64,000 nt of DNA, taken from Rhodospirillales bacterium. Its GTDB lineage: Bacteria; Pseudomonadota; Alphaproteobacteria; Bin95. Below are positions 1 to 9,938 of the stretch, piece after piece. Numbering within the stretch: the first letter of the stretch is position 1; every line of letters starts with the position of its first letter. The stretch lies in the NCBI GenBank assembly GCA_038143065.1, contig JAYQLI010000035.1, forward strand, positions 1,088,001 to 1,152,000. The letters are read 5' to 3'. The notes under the pieces are model-generated. The model saw only the letters and a program-made list of their open reading frames with translations. It made no database searches and had not been told where the DNA came from. A program made the position numbers and the translations under genes.

Positions 1-93
1 ATTCGAAAAAATTCGTCTCAGCGGTCACAAGGGGCTTGGCGGATCAAGCTAAGCAAGCCTAAGCTTCTCTTCCCACAGGAGAAATGGAAAATT

Positions 94-1026
94 ATGCAAG
101 TTGGATTTATCGGCCTCGGCACTATGGGGGCTAGCTTCGCCAGTAATTTGCAGAGCAAAGGCGGGCACAAGATCATTGTCCATGATATTTCGCAGCAAGC
201 TGCAAAAATGCATTTGGATGCTGGTGCAACATGGGCAGAAACTCCAAAAGCTCTGGGAGCACAATGTGATGTTGTGCTGACGTCACTTCCTGGGCCACCA
301 GAAGTTCGCGCCGTGGCAACAGATGAGTCTGATGGCCTCCTTGACGGCATGAAACCTGGGTCAGTCTTTTTCGACCTTTCAACAAACTCACCAACAGTTG
401 TTCGAGAAATTCATTCTAAATTTGCAGAAAAATGAGTCCATATGTTGGATGCGCCTGTTTCTGGCGGGCCCAAAGGGGCGAAATCAGGTCGCTGTGCTAT
501 TTGGGTAGGCGGCGATAAAGACGTATTTGAGGCCAACCGCGGGCCTCTTGATACGATGGGTGATGCAGTTCGTTACATTGGCCCGATCGGCGCTGGGTCT
601 ATTGCCAAGCTCGTCCACAACTCTGCCGGTTATGCAATTCAGTGCGCTATTGGTGAAATATTTTCTGCAGGCGTTAAAGCTGGGGTTGACCCACTTTCTC
701 TATTCGAAGCCATCCGAATGGGTGCCAGAGGCCGCACAAGAACCTTCGACAGTCTCGCCGACCATTACTTAATCAACGATTATGATCCACCGGACTTTGC
801 TCTAAAGCTAGCTCATAAGGATGTAAGCCTTGCCGCGGAAATGGCGCGAGATGCTGGTGTTCCAGCTCGTATGATTGAACTAACCCGAGCCGAAATGACT
901 GAAGCATTAAATCGCGACTGGGGACATCGAGACAGCCGTTCTTTCATGCTTCTGCAGCAGGAACGCGCTGGAATTCTGATCGACGTTGATAAGGAAAAAG
1001 TAGACGCCGCATTGAAATCTGACTGA
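94..1026 (+). CDS. NAD(P)-dependent beta-hydroxyacid dehydrogenase (3-hydroxyisobutyrate dehydrogenase / tartronate semialdehyde reductase family); interrupted by one in-frame TGA at 433-435
   Basis: Rossmann GFIGLGTMG, DAPVSGG and catalytic K in AKLVHN. ORFs 94-435 and 442-1026 are in the same frame and read FAEK*VHMLDAPVSGG. RBS GGAG upstream. Confidence 0.88.
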
Positions 1027-1045
1027 CAGTAAGGGAACTGCCGAC

Positions 1046-2014
1046 ATGTCCTCTGTTATCTTAGGAACAGGTGATTTTCGCTATCGTGTGCTCGACGGCT
1101 GGGGCGAACTCCCAGACGGTTGGGAGCTGATGGACGTGGCGGCAGTTGCTGTCGATCACAAGGATAGAGTCTACGTCTTTAATCGATCAGAACATCCAAT
1201 GATTGTTTTCGATCGTGATGGAAAATTTTTAAAATCCTGGGGCGAAGGCCTATTCACACGCGCTCACGGCCTTCACATCGGTCCCGACGAAATGCTCTAT
1301 TGTACTGACGATGGAGACCACACTGTTAGAAAATGCACTCTCGATGGAGAAGTAGTTTTAGAAATTGGTGTTCCGGGAACGCCAGCCCCGTTCATGTCTG
1401 GAGAACCTTTCCATCGGTGCACCCACACTGCCCTTGCGAGAGACGGACACATTTTTGTCTCCGACGGATATGGGAATGCCCATGTTCATAAGTATGACCC
1501 TAATGGAAAGCTCGTTTTGACCTGGGGGGAACCTGGAACCGGTCCAGGGCAGTTCAATCTTGTCCACAACATAGTGTCTGATGACGATGGCTTTGTTTAC
1601 GTTGCAGACAGAGAAAATCACAGGGTACAGGTCTTCAATGAGGCCGGTAAGTATGAGGGTCAATGGAATAATCTCCACCGACCCTGCGGACTTTTCATGC
1701 CGCGTGGTAAGTGCCCTCACTGCTTTGTGGGCGAACTTGGCCCTGGAATGCCAGTGAACAGAGCATATAAGAATCTCGGACCACGCCTCTCTATTTTAGA
1801 TAATCAGGGAAATCTGCTTTCGCGTCTTGGCGGGGGCGATGGACCAGGAATGGAAATAGGCAAATTCATGGCTCCACATGGGTTAGCCGTCGATAGTCAT
1901 GGGGACATTTATGTTGGTGAGGGCGCTTACACTAATTGGCCTTCGAGCTTTGGTGATGAGCCAATGCCACGTCCTCTGCGCTCTTTACAAAAATTGGAGC
2001 GGGTTAAAGACTAA
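1046..2014 (+). CDS. Peptidyl-alpha-hydroxyglycine alpha-amidating lyase (PAL)-family NHL beta-propeller protein
   Basis: NHL repeats (WGEPGTGPGQFNLVH) and PAL motifs AHGL, SDGYGN, VHNI, ADREN, PHGL. No signal peptide. Confidence 0.85.
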   Translation: MSSVILGTGDFRYRVLDGWGELPDGWELMDVAAVAVDHKDRVYVFNRSEHPMIVFDRDGKFLKSWGEGLFTRAHGLHIGPDEMLYCTDDGDHTVRKCTLDGEVVLEIGVPGTPAPFMSGEPFHRCTHTALARDGHIFVSDGYGNAHVHKYDPNGKLVLTWGEPGTGPGQFNLVHNIVSDDDGFVYVADRENHRVQVFNEAGKYEGQWNNLHRPCGLFMPRGKCPHCFVGELGPGMPVNRAYKNLGPRLSILDNQGNLLSRLGGGDGPGMEIGKFMAPHGLAVDSHGDIYVGEGAYTNWPSSFGDEPMPRPLRSLQKLERVKD

Positions 2015-2086
2015 TCTTGAAAGAGGATGAGGATAAGCAAGGCATCCCGTAAGACTCACGTAATAAAGTATTTTGAGAACAGTCAA

Positions 2087-2965
2087 ATGTTGCACGAGAG
2101 CCCTATCTGGCCAGCACAGTTAGATCATTTTCGAATTAATGCACCCAATCCCTCGTCACTGGCAGAGTTCTACTGCAATGCCATCGGATATGAAATATCG
2201 CCCCTAGAAAATGGTGACCTATTCTTACAGGGCCAAGGCCGAAGACTGATCATTGGCAAAGGTGAAACTCACAAACGGCCATATCACGCATTCCGATTGC
2301 AGAGCAGACAACAATTGGACGAAGTTCGCAGCTTTCTCCAAGCACAAGGGGTTAATTGTTTAGAGAACCCGTCACCATTGTTTGAGAATGACTCTTTAGC
2401 TGTTGTAGATCCTGATGGATGGGTGAGTGTTTTCGGGTTAGGTCGCTCGGACTTACCTTCTCGAAGAGCCTCAAACAACCGTCCTCCCCTTTCCATGCCG
2501 GGGCGGCTGCAACACATCGTAGTTGCGACCAGCAATTTAGAGCAGATGATTGCGTTCTACGAAAAAACTCTTTCATTTTCTCCCTCAGACTATGTTCTGA
2601 AAGACATTAATGACAAAGCGTCAAAACACGTCGCATTTTGGCGGACAGATGAAGAGCATCACAGTTTTGCAGCCTTTGGTGCTTCTTCTAGCCGTCACGA
2701 TCATCACGCTTACGAAACTTCAGGATGGATGGCGATCCGAGACTGGGCCGACCATTTTGCTAATTTAGATATCCCCATTTGGTGGGGGCCTGGCCGACAC
2801 GGTGCCGGCAATAACCTGTTTTTTATGATCGAGGATCCGCTCGGGGACAAAATAGAAATCTCCGCAGAAATTGAGAAACTAGATCGAAGCGTAGGGCCAC
2901 GGTGGTGGGACGGCAATGATGGAAAAGCTGTCAATTTATGGGGTGCCGGCTGGGCACGGGATTAG
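2087..2965 (+). CDS. Two-domain VOC-family protein, type I extradiol dioxygenase-like
   Basis: LQHIV, EHHSFA, HHAY, GPGRHGAGNN and DPLGDKIE motifs. An alternative start exists at 2027. Confidence 0.8.
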   Translation: MLHESPIWPAQLDHFRINAPNPSSLAEFYCNAIGYEISPLENGDLFLQGQGRRLIIGKGETHKRPYHAFRLQSRQQLDEVRSFLQAQGVNCLENPSPLFENDSLAVVDPDGWVSVFGLGRSDLPSRRASNNRPPLSMPGRLQHIVVATSNLEQMIAFYEKTLSFSPSDYVLKDINDKASKHVAFWRTDEEHHSFAAFGASSSRHDHHAYETSGWMAIRDWADHFANLDIPIWWGPGRHGAGNNLFFMIEDPLGDKIEISAEIEKLDRSVGPRWWDGNDGKAVNLWGAGWARD

Positions 2966-2976
2966 GAGTTTTAGCG

Positions 2977-4081
2977 ATGCAAAAAAGAACTGACGCTCTT
3001 CAGATCAACCAAAGCGTTACCTCGATCAATGACTTGCCACCCAAAATTGAAGGCCCCTCTGCATGGCTCGGGAGTGAATTGGCTCAGAAGAATAACTGGC
3101 TCGAACTACTATCCTCAAATGAAATAAATGAAATAGGTGAAGCCGCTAGAGAAGCTTTAGAAACTTCTGGTGGCGATATCGCAAAAATAACACCAGCGAT
3201 GTTTCCAATACCGACGTTCTCAAAAAGACTTTCAGATATTGAACGAGATATCATGTATGGACGTGGATTTACTCTTTTAAGAGGCTTGCCAGTAGATGAA
3301 TGGGGAACGGAGATATCTGCAGCTGCCTTTTTATGGTCTTGGCTCCCATCTGGGACCTGCGCGATCCCAAAACGCGAAGGGACATATTTTAGGCCACGTC
3401 CGGGACTTAGGCCGTGACCCAGATGACCCAAATGCGAGGATTTACCAAACCACGGCCCGCCAAACATTTCATACAGACTCCACAGACATTGTTGGGCTCC
3501 TCTGCCTAAAAACAGCAAAATCTGGCGGAGAGTCGATGCTCGTAAGTGCAATGACAATCTACAATCGCATGAGAGAAGAAGCACCAGAGTTAGCATTAGA
3601 GCTGTTTCAACCAAATGCAATCGATCGACGCGGGGAAGTCCCAGTTGGGATGAAAGGCTATTACATGCTGCCTCCCCTAACTTGGCATGAGGAAAATATC
3701 ACCATTCACTATCAACGCCGATACATCGATAGTGCTCAACGTTTTGAAGACGCTCCACGCCTTAGCCAACAACGTATTCAAGCTTTGGATATGTTTGATC
3801 GTTTAGCAAACGATCCAGACCTCAAATTAGACATGGAGTTCCATCCTGGAGATGTGCAGCTTGTACACAATCACACCCTCCTACATGACCGTTTAGGGTT
3901 TGAAGATTGGCCAGAAAACAGCAAACGTCGCCACCTATTAAGACTTTGGCTTGCCTCTAAAAATGGGAGACCTTTACCCGAAGCATTTGCCCAAAGATTT
4001 GGTTCAGTGACGATTGGTGACAGGGGTGGAGTTATAACACCAAATACCATAGCGCTTAATGCGCCTTTGGAGGCGATTTGA
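2977..4081 (+). CDS. TauD/TfdA (clavaminate-synthase-like) Fe(II)/2-oxoglutarate dioxygenase; frameshift near 3326-3331
   Basis: GRGFTLLRGLP, HxD motif FHTDSTD, distal His LLHDR, RHLLRLW. ORFs 2938-3417 and 3296-4081 join at a T homopolymer. Confidence 0.85.
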
Positions 4082-5074
4082 ATGCCTAAAAGTAACCTAG
4101 ACATTTCTAGGCTAAAAGAGCGTTATCATACGATGCTGCGTATCCGAGCATTTGAAGAATTTGCCATCAAAGCAGCAGACGAAAAGCTTGTACTTGGGGC
4201 AATTCATCCATCGATAGGACAAGAAGCCTGCGCCGTGGGAGTTTGCGCGGCGCTAAGGCAGGACGATTTTTTACTTTCTACCCATCGGGGACACGGCCAC
4301 ACACTAGCAAAAGGGGCGGACGCCCTAGCAATGATGCGTGAGAATTATTCGGGCGCGAAGGGGGCATCTGCGGAGGTAAAGGTGGCTCAATGCATATTGC
4401 TGATTTTTCTGTAGGAATGCTGGGTGCAAATGGCGTCGTAGCAGCAAATATTAATATAGCTGCAGGCGCCGCTCACGCTGCAAAGCTTCTTGGCCAAGAC
4501 AAAATTGCTGTCTGTATATTCGGGGATGGCGCAATAAACCGAGGCCCGTTTCTCGAAGGCCTAAACTGGGCCTCTGCATTCAACCTTCCAGTCTTATTTG
4601 TATGCGAAGACAATCAATGGGCATCTACCACGCGCTCAAAAGATGTAACGGGAGGTGATGATCCGGTGAAGCGAGCCAATTCCTGGGTATAAAGGGGAGA
4701 GCGTCGACGGAAACGATGTCATGGCAGTGGAGGAAGCAACAACCAGAATGGTCACTGAAATCCGAGCTGGAGGTGGCCCCCGCCTTCTACACGCTACAAC
4801 GTACCGTCTTCTTGGACACACAAGTGTAGATAAAGCTGCATATCGACCCGATAGCGAAGCAGATGGAAAATGGGCTGAATGTCCGATTTCAAGAACAAAG
4901 GATCTTCTAATGCGCGCCGGCGTAAGTGAAAGCGAAATAAATAAGCTAAAAGCTGATGCAACTGCAGAAATGAACGCCGCCTTTGAAAAAGCAAAAGTCT
5001 CTCCCTGGCCAGCCACATCGGATGCTTACTCAGACGTCCAGGATATCGGCTCAATAAAGCCTATGGATATATAA
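4082..5074 (+). CDS. TPP-dependent dehydrogenase E1 alpha subunit (AcoA/PdhA-like); two frameshifts (~4340, ~4685)
   Basis: IGQEA, STHRGHGH, GKGGSMH (across the frameshift), TPP motif FGDGA...EDN, TYRLLGH. Split over three consecutive ORFs. Confidence 0.88.
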
Positions 5075-5078
5075 ACCT

Positions 5079-6043
5079 ATGCCAACAATTACCTACCGAG
5101 AAGCCGGAAAACTTGCTGTTCAGGAAGCAATGCAAGCGGATCCGTCCGTATGGTGCCTTGGCGAAGATCTTGGTCGTGGGGGCGTTTTTGGTCAGTACGC
5201 TGGCTTGAAACTGAATTTGGCGTTGATCGAGTTTGCTCAACCCCTATTTCTGAAGCCGCGATAATGGGTGCGGCTGTAGGCGCAGCAATGGCCGGAACCC
5301 GTCCAATTGTAGAAATGCGTTTTGCTGACTTCGCTCTCTGCGCCATCGATGAATTGGTAAACCAAGCTGCCAAAGCTCGCTATATGTTTGGTGGCCAAGT
5401 TAAAGTTCCGATAACAGTTCGAGAGCCTATGGGTATGTGGCGCTCTTCAGCAGCACAGCATTCTCAATCTTTAGAGGCTTGGTACACTCATATTCCCGGA
5501 CTTGTTGTTGTGGCTCCATCAACTCCCGCTGACAATTACGGTCTGTTATCCGCCTCAATAAAATCCGACGACCCCGTAGTCTACATGGAACATAAAAATC
5601 TATGGGATGTTAGTGGCGATGTAACTCTTGGGCAGACATTACCACTGGGAAAAGCTCACATAGCCAAACATGGAGGAGATGTCAGCGTAGTTTCCTGGTC
5701 AGCTCAAGTTCACACTGCTTTGGAAGCGGCTGAAATATTGGCCATAGAGGGCATTGAAATTGAAGTAATTGATCTGAGAAGCCTGTGGCCTTGGGACGAG
5801 GACACGGTTGCTAAATCTTTAGCTAAAACTGGTAGACTTGTCGTTTGCCATGAGGCTGTAGGCGTCAGCGGATTTGGCGCAGAAATCCTTGCAACTATCT
5901 CCGAGCGTTATTTTGGCCTGCTAAAACGGCCACCAATTCGGGTTACCGCTCCACGTATTCCAATCTCTTATGCCCCGAACCTTGAAAACGAAGTGAAGGT
6001 AACAGCCAAAGATATCTCAAATGCTATCAGGCAGATGGATTAA
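5079..6043 (+). CDS. TPP-dependent dehydrogenase E1 beta subunit (AcoB/PdhB-like); frameshift near 5205
   Basis: LGEDLG, TPISEAAIMG, AAQHSQSLE, EVIDLRSL motifs. Directly follows E1 alpha. Confidence 0.88.
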
Positions 6044-7188
6044 TGTCCTTAAACAACACCCGCATCGCAGCTATTCGAACACATGTTCTCTCCGCCCCTC
6101 TATCGAAGCCTTTTTTATGGTCATTCAATAGAGCTGATAAAAGAGAGGGATGTGTCGTTGAGATAACTGATGAGTCAGGCGCGACAGGCTGGGGAGAATG
6201 CTTCGGACCGGCAAAACTAAATGCAGCTGTTATCGAGGCGTTTACCCCACATTTAATCGGTAAAGATGGTTTTGCAATCGATGCGATTTGGCAGCACTTA
6301 TACAACCAATTTCTTGATCAGGGCCAAAAAGGTCTAGTCATCACCGCCCTATCTGGGATCGATATAGCTCTTTGGGACCTTAAAGGACGACGCTTAAATG
6401 AACCAGTTCATCGTCTTTTGGGTGGCCCTATCCGCTCGGAAGTTAAAGCCTATGCGACGGGGACTTATCGTCTCGATGAAGGCAACCCGCTGGAGTATGT
6501 CATTAAAGAAGTCAAAGGCTACGTTGATGAAGGCTTTCATGCTGTAAAAATTAAAATTGGTTTCGACGTATCTTCAGATCTAGAGTTGATAAGAGCTGTT
6601 CGCTCTGCGGTAGGCCCAGACATTGAACTGATGATAGATGCAAACCATGGTTACGATGCTTTAGAGGCAATTAGATTGGGCCAGGCGATTGCTGATTTAG
6701 ATATTCGTTGGTTCGAAGAACCTGTTACGCCAGACAATCTAGGAGCCTATGAAGAAGTTCGTCGGGGCCAACCAATCCCTGTTGCTGGCGGAGAGTGTGA
6801 CTTCACCCGATGGGGTTTCAGAGAAATACTTCAGCGGCGAGCAATTGATATAATTCAGCCAGATACAGCGGCGGCTGGAGGAATTTCTGAGTGCAAGAAA
6901 ATTGCCGATATGGCTGCTTCTTTTGGCGTGCGCTACTTACCGCATGTTTGGGGAACGGGCATTGGTTTAGCTGCTGCATTACAACTGATAGCTGTCCTCC
7001 CGGACACCCCACCCAGCTATAACCCAAAGGCACCTATTCTTGAATTTGACCGCAGCGAACATCCATTCAGACAGGCCGTACTCGAGACCCCTATCGAGCA
7101 CAGTGGCGGCGTGGTAGCCGTTCCGTCCGCTCCTGGTCTAGGAATTGAAATAAATCGCAATGCCCTCGATCAATACAGAATTTCTTAA
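6043..7188 (+). CDS. Mandelate racemase/muconate lactonizing enzyme (enolase superfamily), D-galactarolactone cycloisomerase-like
   Basis: KIKIG, DANHGY, WFEEP, AGGE, PHVWGTG, EFDRSEHPFRQAVL; resembles Agrobacterium Gci as recalled. TAATG coupling with E1 beta. Confidence 0.85.
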   Translation: MSLNNTRIAAIRTHVLSAPLSKPFLWSFNRADKREGCVVEITDESGATGWGECFGPAKLNAAVIEAFTPHLIGKDGFAIDAIWQHLYNQFLDQGQKGLVITALSGIDIALWDLKGRRLNEPVHRLLGGPIRSEVKAYATGTYRLDEGNPLEYVIKEVKGYVDEGFHAVKIKIGFDVSSDLELIRAVRSAVGPDIELMIDANHGYDALEAIRLGQAIADLDIRWFEEPVTPDNLGAYEEVRRGQPIPVAGGECDFTRWGFREILQRRAIDIIQPDTAAAGGISECKKIADMAASFGVRYLPHVWGTGIGLAAALQLIAVLPDTPPSYNPKAPILEFDRSEHPFRQAVLETPIEHSGGVVAVPSAPGLGIEINRNALDQYRIS

Positions 7189-7215
7189 CTAAGTGATACG
7201 CAACAGGGAAAAGTT

Positions 7216-8384
7216 TCAAGCAGTATCCGCTAGATATCTCATCGCTGCATCCACTCCCCCAGACTGATGCGGTACGTTAGCAAGACGTAAACCAGTCTCA
7301 ACTGCGGCAAGCGTGCCAAGCAGCATCGGTTCATTGAAATCACCAAGATGACCAATTCGAAAGACTTTGCCTTTGACCTTGCCAAGCCCATTACCTAGTG
7401 AAACATCGAAATTTTCTAAAATCACAGCCCGAACGTGATCAGCATCGCAGCCGTCAGGTACTCGCACTGCTGTCAACACATTTGACCGCTCGTCAGCTAC
7501 CTCAATTTGCATCTCCAAACCCCAAGCTTGAACCGCTTGTCGAGCTGCCGAAGCAAGACGATCATGCCTTACAAAAGTATTTTCCAGGCCTTCTTCGTTC
7601 AGCATATCAATTGCTTCACGCAACCCATAAAGCAAGTTTGTAGCGGGTGTGTAAGGAAAATAACCACCCGAATTGAGTTCAAGCATTGCAGCCCAATCCC
7701 AGTATGAGCGCCTTACACCTCCAGCCTGAGACACTTGTAGCGCCTTTGGTCCGATAACATTCATTCCGAGGCCCGGTGGGGTCATTAATCCTTTTTGAGA
7801 ACCACCAATTGTTACATCAACTCCCCATTCATCATGACGGTAATCCGCACATCCAATACCGGAGATTGAATCCACCAAAAAGAGGGCATCGTGACCAGCT
7901 GCATCAATAGCTTTCCGCACATCAATAACTCTGCTAGTGGCACCAGTAGAAGTCTCATTGTGAACCATGCAGACAGCTTTGATTGTCTTCCCACTATCTG
8001 CTTTTAACTTTTCTTCAACTTCCTCTGGCTGAACTCCTCTTCGCCAGTCGCCCGCGATGAATTCCACATCCAATCCTAACCTTAGGGCGAGATCTTGCCA
8101 AAGAGTTGCAAATTGACCCGTTTCAGCCATGAGGAGCTTATCGCCAGGCTGAAATAAATTAACTAAAGCCGCTTCCCAGGCTCCAGTTCCAGAAGATGGA
8201 TAAATGATAACAGGATGCTCTGTCCTGAAGATACCTCGAATGTCGTTCAGTAATTTTTTTCCAAAATACCAAAATCCGGGCCCCGATGATCCATCGTCGG
8301 TTTTGCCATAGCCGCTAAAATTCGATCGGGCGAATTGCTGGGACCAGGAATTTGCAAAAAATGGCGGCCAGGGCGGGAAGACAT
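7216..8384 (-). CDS. sgaA: Serine/alanine--glyoxylate aminotransferase (class V PLP); frameshift near 8255-8268
   Basis: The N-terminus MSSRPGRHFLQIPGP...DHRGP reads from 8384. VHNETSTG, PLP lysine GSQKGL, FPYTP and FRIGHLG are present. Confidence 0.88.
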
Positions 8385-8509
8385 TGGTTACTCCTCAAAA
8401 CAATGAAAATGTTCTATGCCATGTCAGACCATGACCTGAAAGAGATTTAATCGTATTAATTAATATAAAGATCGCTTTGCAACGATCTGAAACGGTTTGG
8501 AGCGCCTTC

Positions 8510-9502
8510 ATGCCAAATTCTGGCACCCGTCCGAAAGTAGTTGTCACTCGAAAGCTACCAGAGCCGATAGAAACTCGGATGATGGAACTTTTCGATGCAT
8601 CTCTTGCTGAATGCGACCAGCCTATGTCGAGAGAACAACTAAAAGTCGCAGTTTCGAGCGCACATGTTCTGTCTCCTACCGTAACTGACAAGATAGATGC
8701 AGATATTATCGAGGCGGCAGGCCCACAATTAAAACTGATCGCCAATTACGGAGCTGGTGTGGATCATATTGACCTGGAAGCAGCGCACGCCAAGGGGTTA
8801 ATTGTAACCAACACACCCGGGGTCCTGACGGAAGATACAGCTGACATGGCGATGGCACTTATTCTGGCCGTAGTTCGACGTATCGGCGAAGGACAGCGGC
8901 TTGTTCGTGCGCAACAGTGGGAAGGCTGGGCGCCAACTGGACTCATGGGGAAAACCGTTCGAGGCAAACGCCTGGGAATAGTTGGCATGGGTCGCATTGG
9001 GGCAGCCTTGGCACGACGTGCCAGGGCTTTCGGGCTATCTATACACTATCACAACCGCCGTCGGGTCGCTGATGAAATTGAAGAAGAGCTGGAAGCTACA
9101 TATTGGGAGAGCTTAAACCAGATGCTTGCCAGAATGGACATTATCTCTGTGAACTGTCCAAGAACACCAGGCACATTTCATTTACTGAATGCGCCTAGGC
9201 TGAGTGTGATCAAGGAAGGTGCTGTTATCATTAACACTTCACGCGGTGATGTTATCGATGAAAGTGCACTCGTACGTGGTCTTTCCTCAGGAAGAATAGG
9301 TGGTGCAGGGCTAGACGTATTTGAGCACGAGCCAGTTGTGACACCTAAACTCCTAAAAATGGAGAATGTCGTTCTAACTCCTCACATCGCTTCTGCCACC
9401 ATCGAAGCCCGTATGGCAATGGGCGAAAAGCTTATTGCTAATATCAAGGCATTTACGGATCACCACGTCCCACCGGACCGCGTACTTAAGAGTATGTTTT
9501 AG
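8510..9502 (+). CDS. D-glycerate dehydrogenase / glyoxylate-hydroxypyruvate reductase (D-2-hydroxyacid dehydrogenase family)
   Basis: NTPGVLTEDTAD, GIVGMGRIG, NTSRG, LDVFEHEP, TPHIAS. Divergent from sgaA. Confidence 0.88.
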   Translation: MPNSGTRPKVVVTRKLPEPIETRMMELFDASLAECDQPMSREQLKVAVSSAHVLSPTVTDKIDADIIEAAGPQLKLIANYGAGVDHIDLEAAHAKGLIVTNTPGVLTEDTADMAMALILAVVRRIGEGQRLVRAQQWEGWAPTGLMGKTVRGKRLGIVGMGRIGAALARRARAFGLSIHYHNRRRVADEIEEELEATYWESLNQMLARMDIISVNCPRTPGTFHLLNAPRLSVIKEGAVIINTSRGDVIDESALVRGLSSGRIGGAGLDVFEHEPVVTPKLLKMENVVLTPHIASATIEARMAMGEKLIANIKAFTDHHVPPDRVLKSMF

Positions 9503-9527
9503 CCACAAGATTCCATAAAAACTTTCA

Positions 9528-9550
9528 GCGATTTTTAGTTTAAAAACCGC
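9528..9550. terminator. Weak imperfect hairpin between convergent genes
   Basis: GCGATTTTTA-GTT-TAAAAACCGC with one mismatch, between convergent stops at 9502 and 9596. Confidence 0.3.
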
Positions 9551-9595
9551 ATTAGCAAAAAAAGACCTGGGGAAGACAGAGACTATTTCAATTTT

Positions 9596-9934
9596 TTAAC
9601 CAGGACTGATGCGGCCTAGTCGCTTAGGATCGATGTCTGTATTTGCTACTGGCAAACGCCCATGATCATGCATGTATACCGCTAAAAGCTCACCATGGCG
9701 CGTACGGTATGCAGTATTTACCTCAACTCGAAACTGAGTCGCTCCTGCCGGTGGGTGCTCAGCTTTCGCCATAACTTCTCCCCTTAAACCATACAAAGAA
9801 TGACCAGTAGCTGCACCGATATAGACAACTTCTCCCTCCTCATTAGAGAGTTCATAAACTCCCAGATTGCCGGAAAGTCGCTTGGCCTCAGTTAAAGTCA
9901 ATGGGCGCCAGGGCTTGGTCATACGCACCGCCAT
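9596..9934 (-). CDS. Small conserved hypothetical protein with GIY-YIG-like motifs
   Basis: GVYEL...VVYIG, LRGE and C-terminal LPVAN. Tightly coupled to the upstream enoyl-CoA hydratase. Confidence 0.65.
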   Translation of the reverse strand: MAVRMTKPWRPLTLTEAKRLSGNLGVYELSNEEGEVVYIGAATGHSLYGLRGEVMAKAEHPPAGATQFRVEVNTAYRTRHGELLAVYMHDHGRLPVANTDIDPKRLGRISPG

Positions 9935-9938
9935 CAAA

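Noticed and set aside
433-435. TGA as selenocysteine or alternative genetic code (TGA=Gly/Trp)
   Set aside because: The position is not a catalytic Cys and no SECIS-like hairpin is evident. Many genes in the window (rnhA, rsmH, ftsI, murE, mraY) end in TGA.
8447-8465. AT palindrome TATTAATTAATA between sgaA and the reductase as a CtrA box
   Set aside because: The TTAA spacing is not N7, and low-complexity AT palindromes arise easily by chance.
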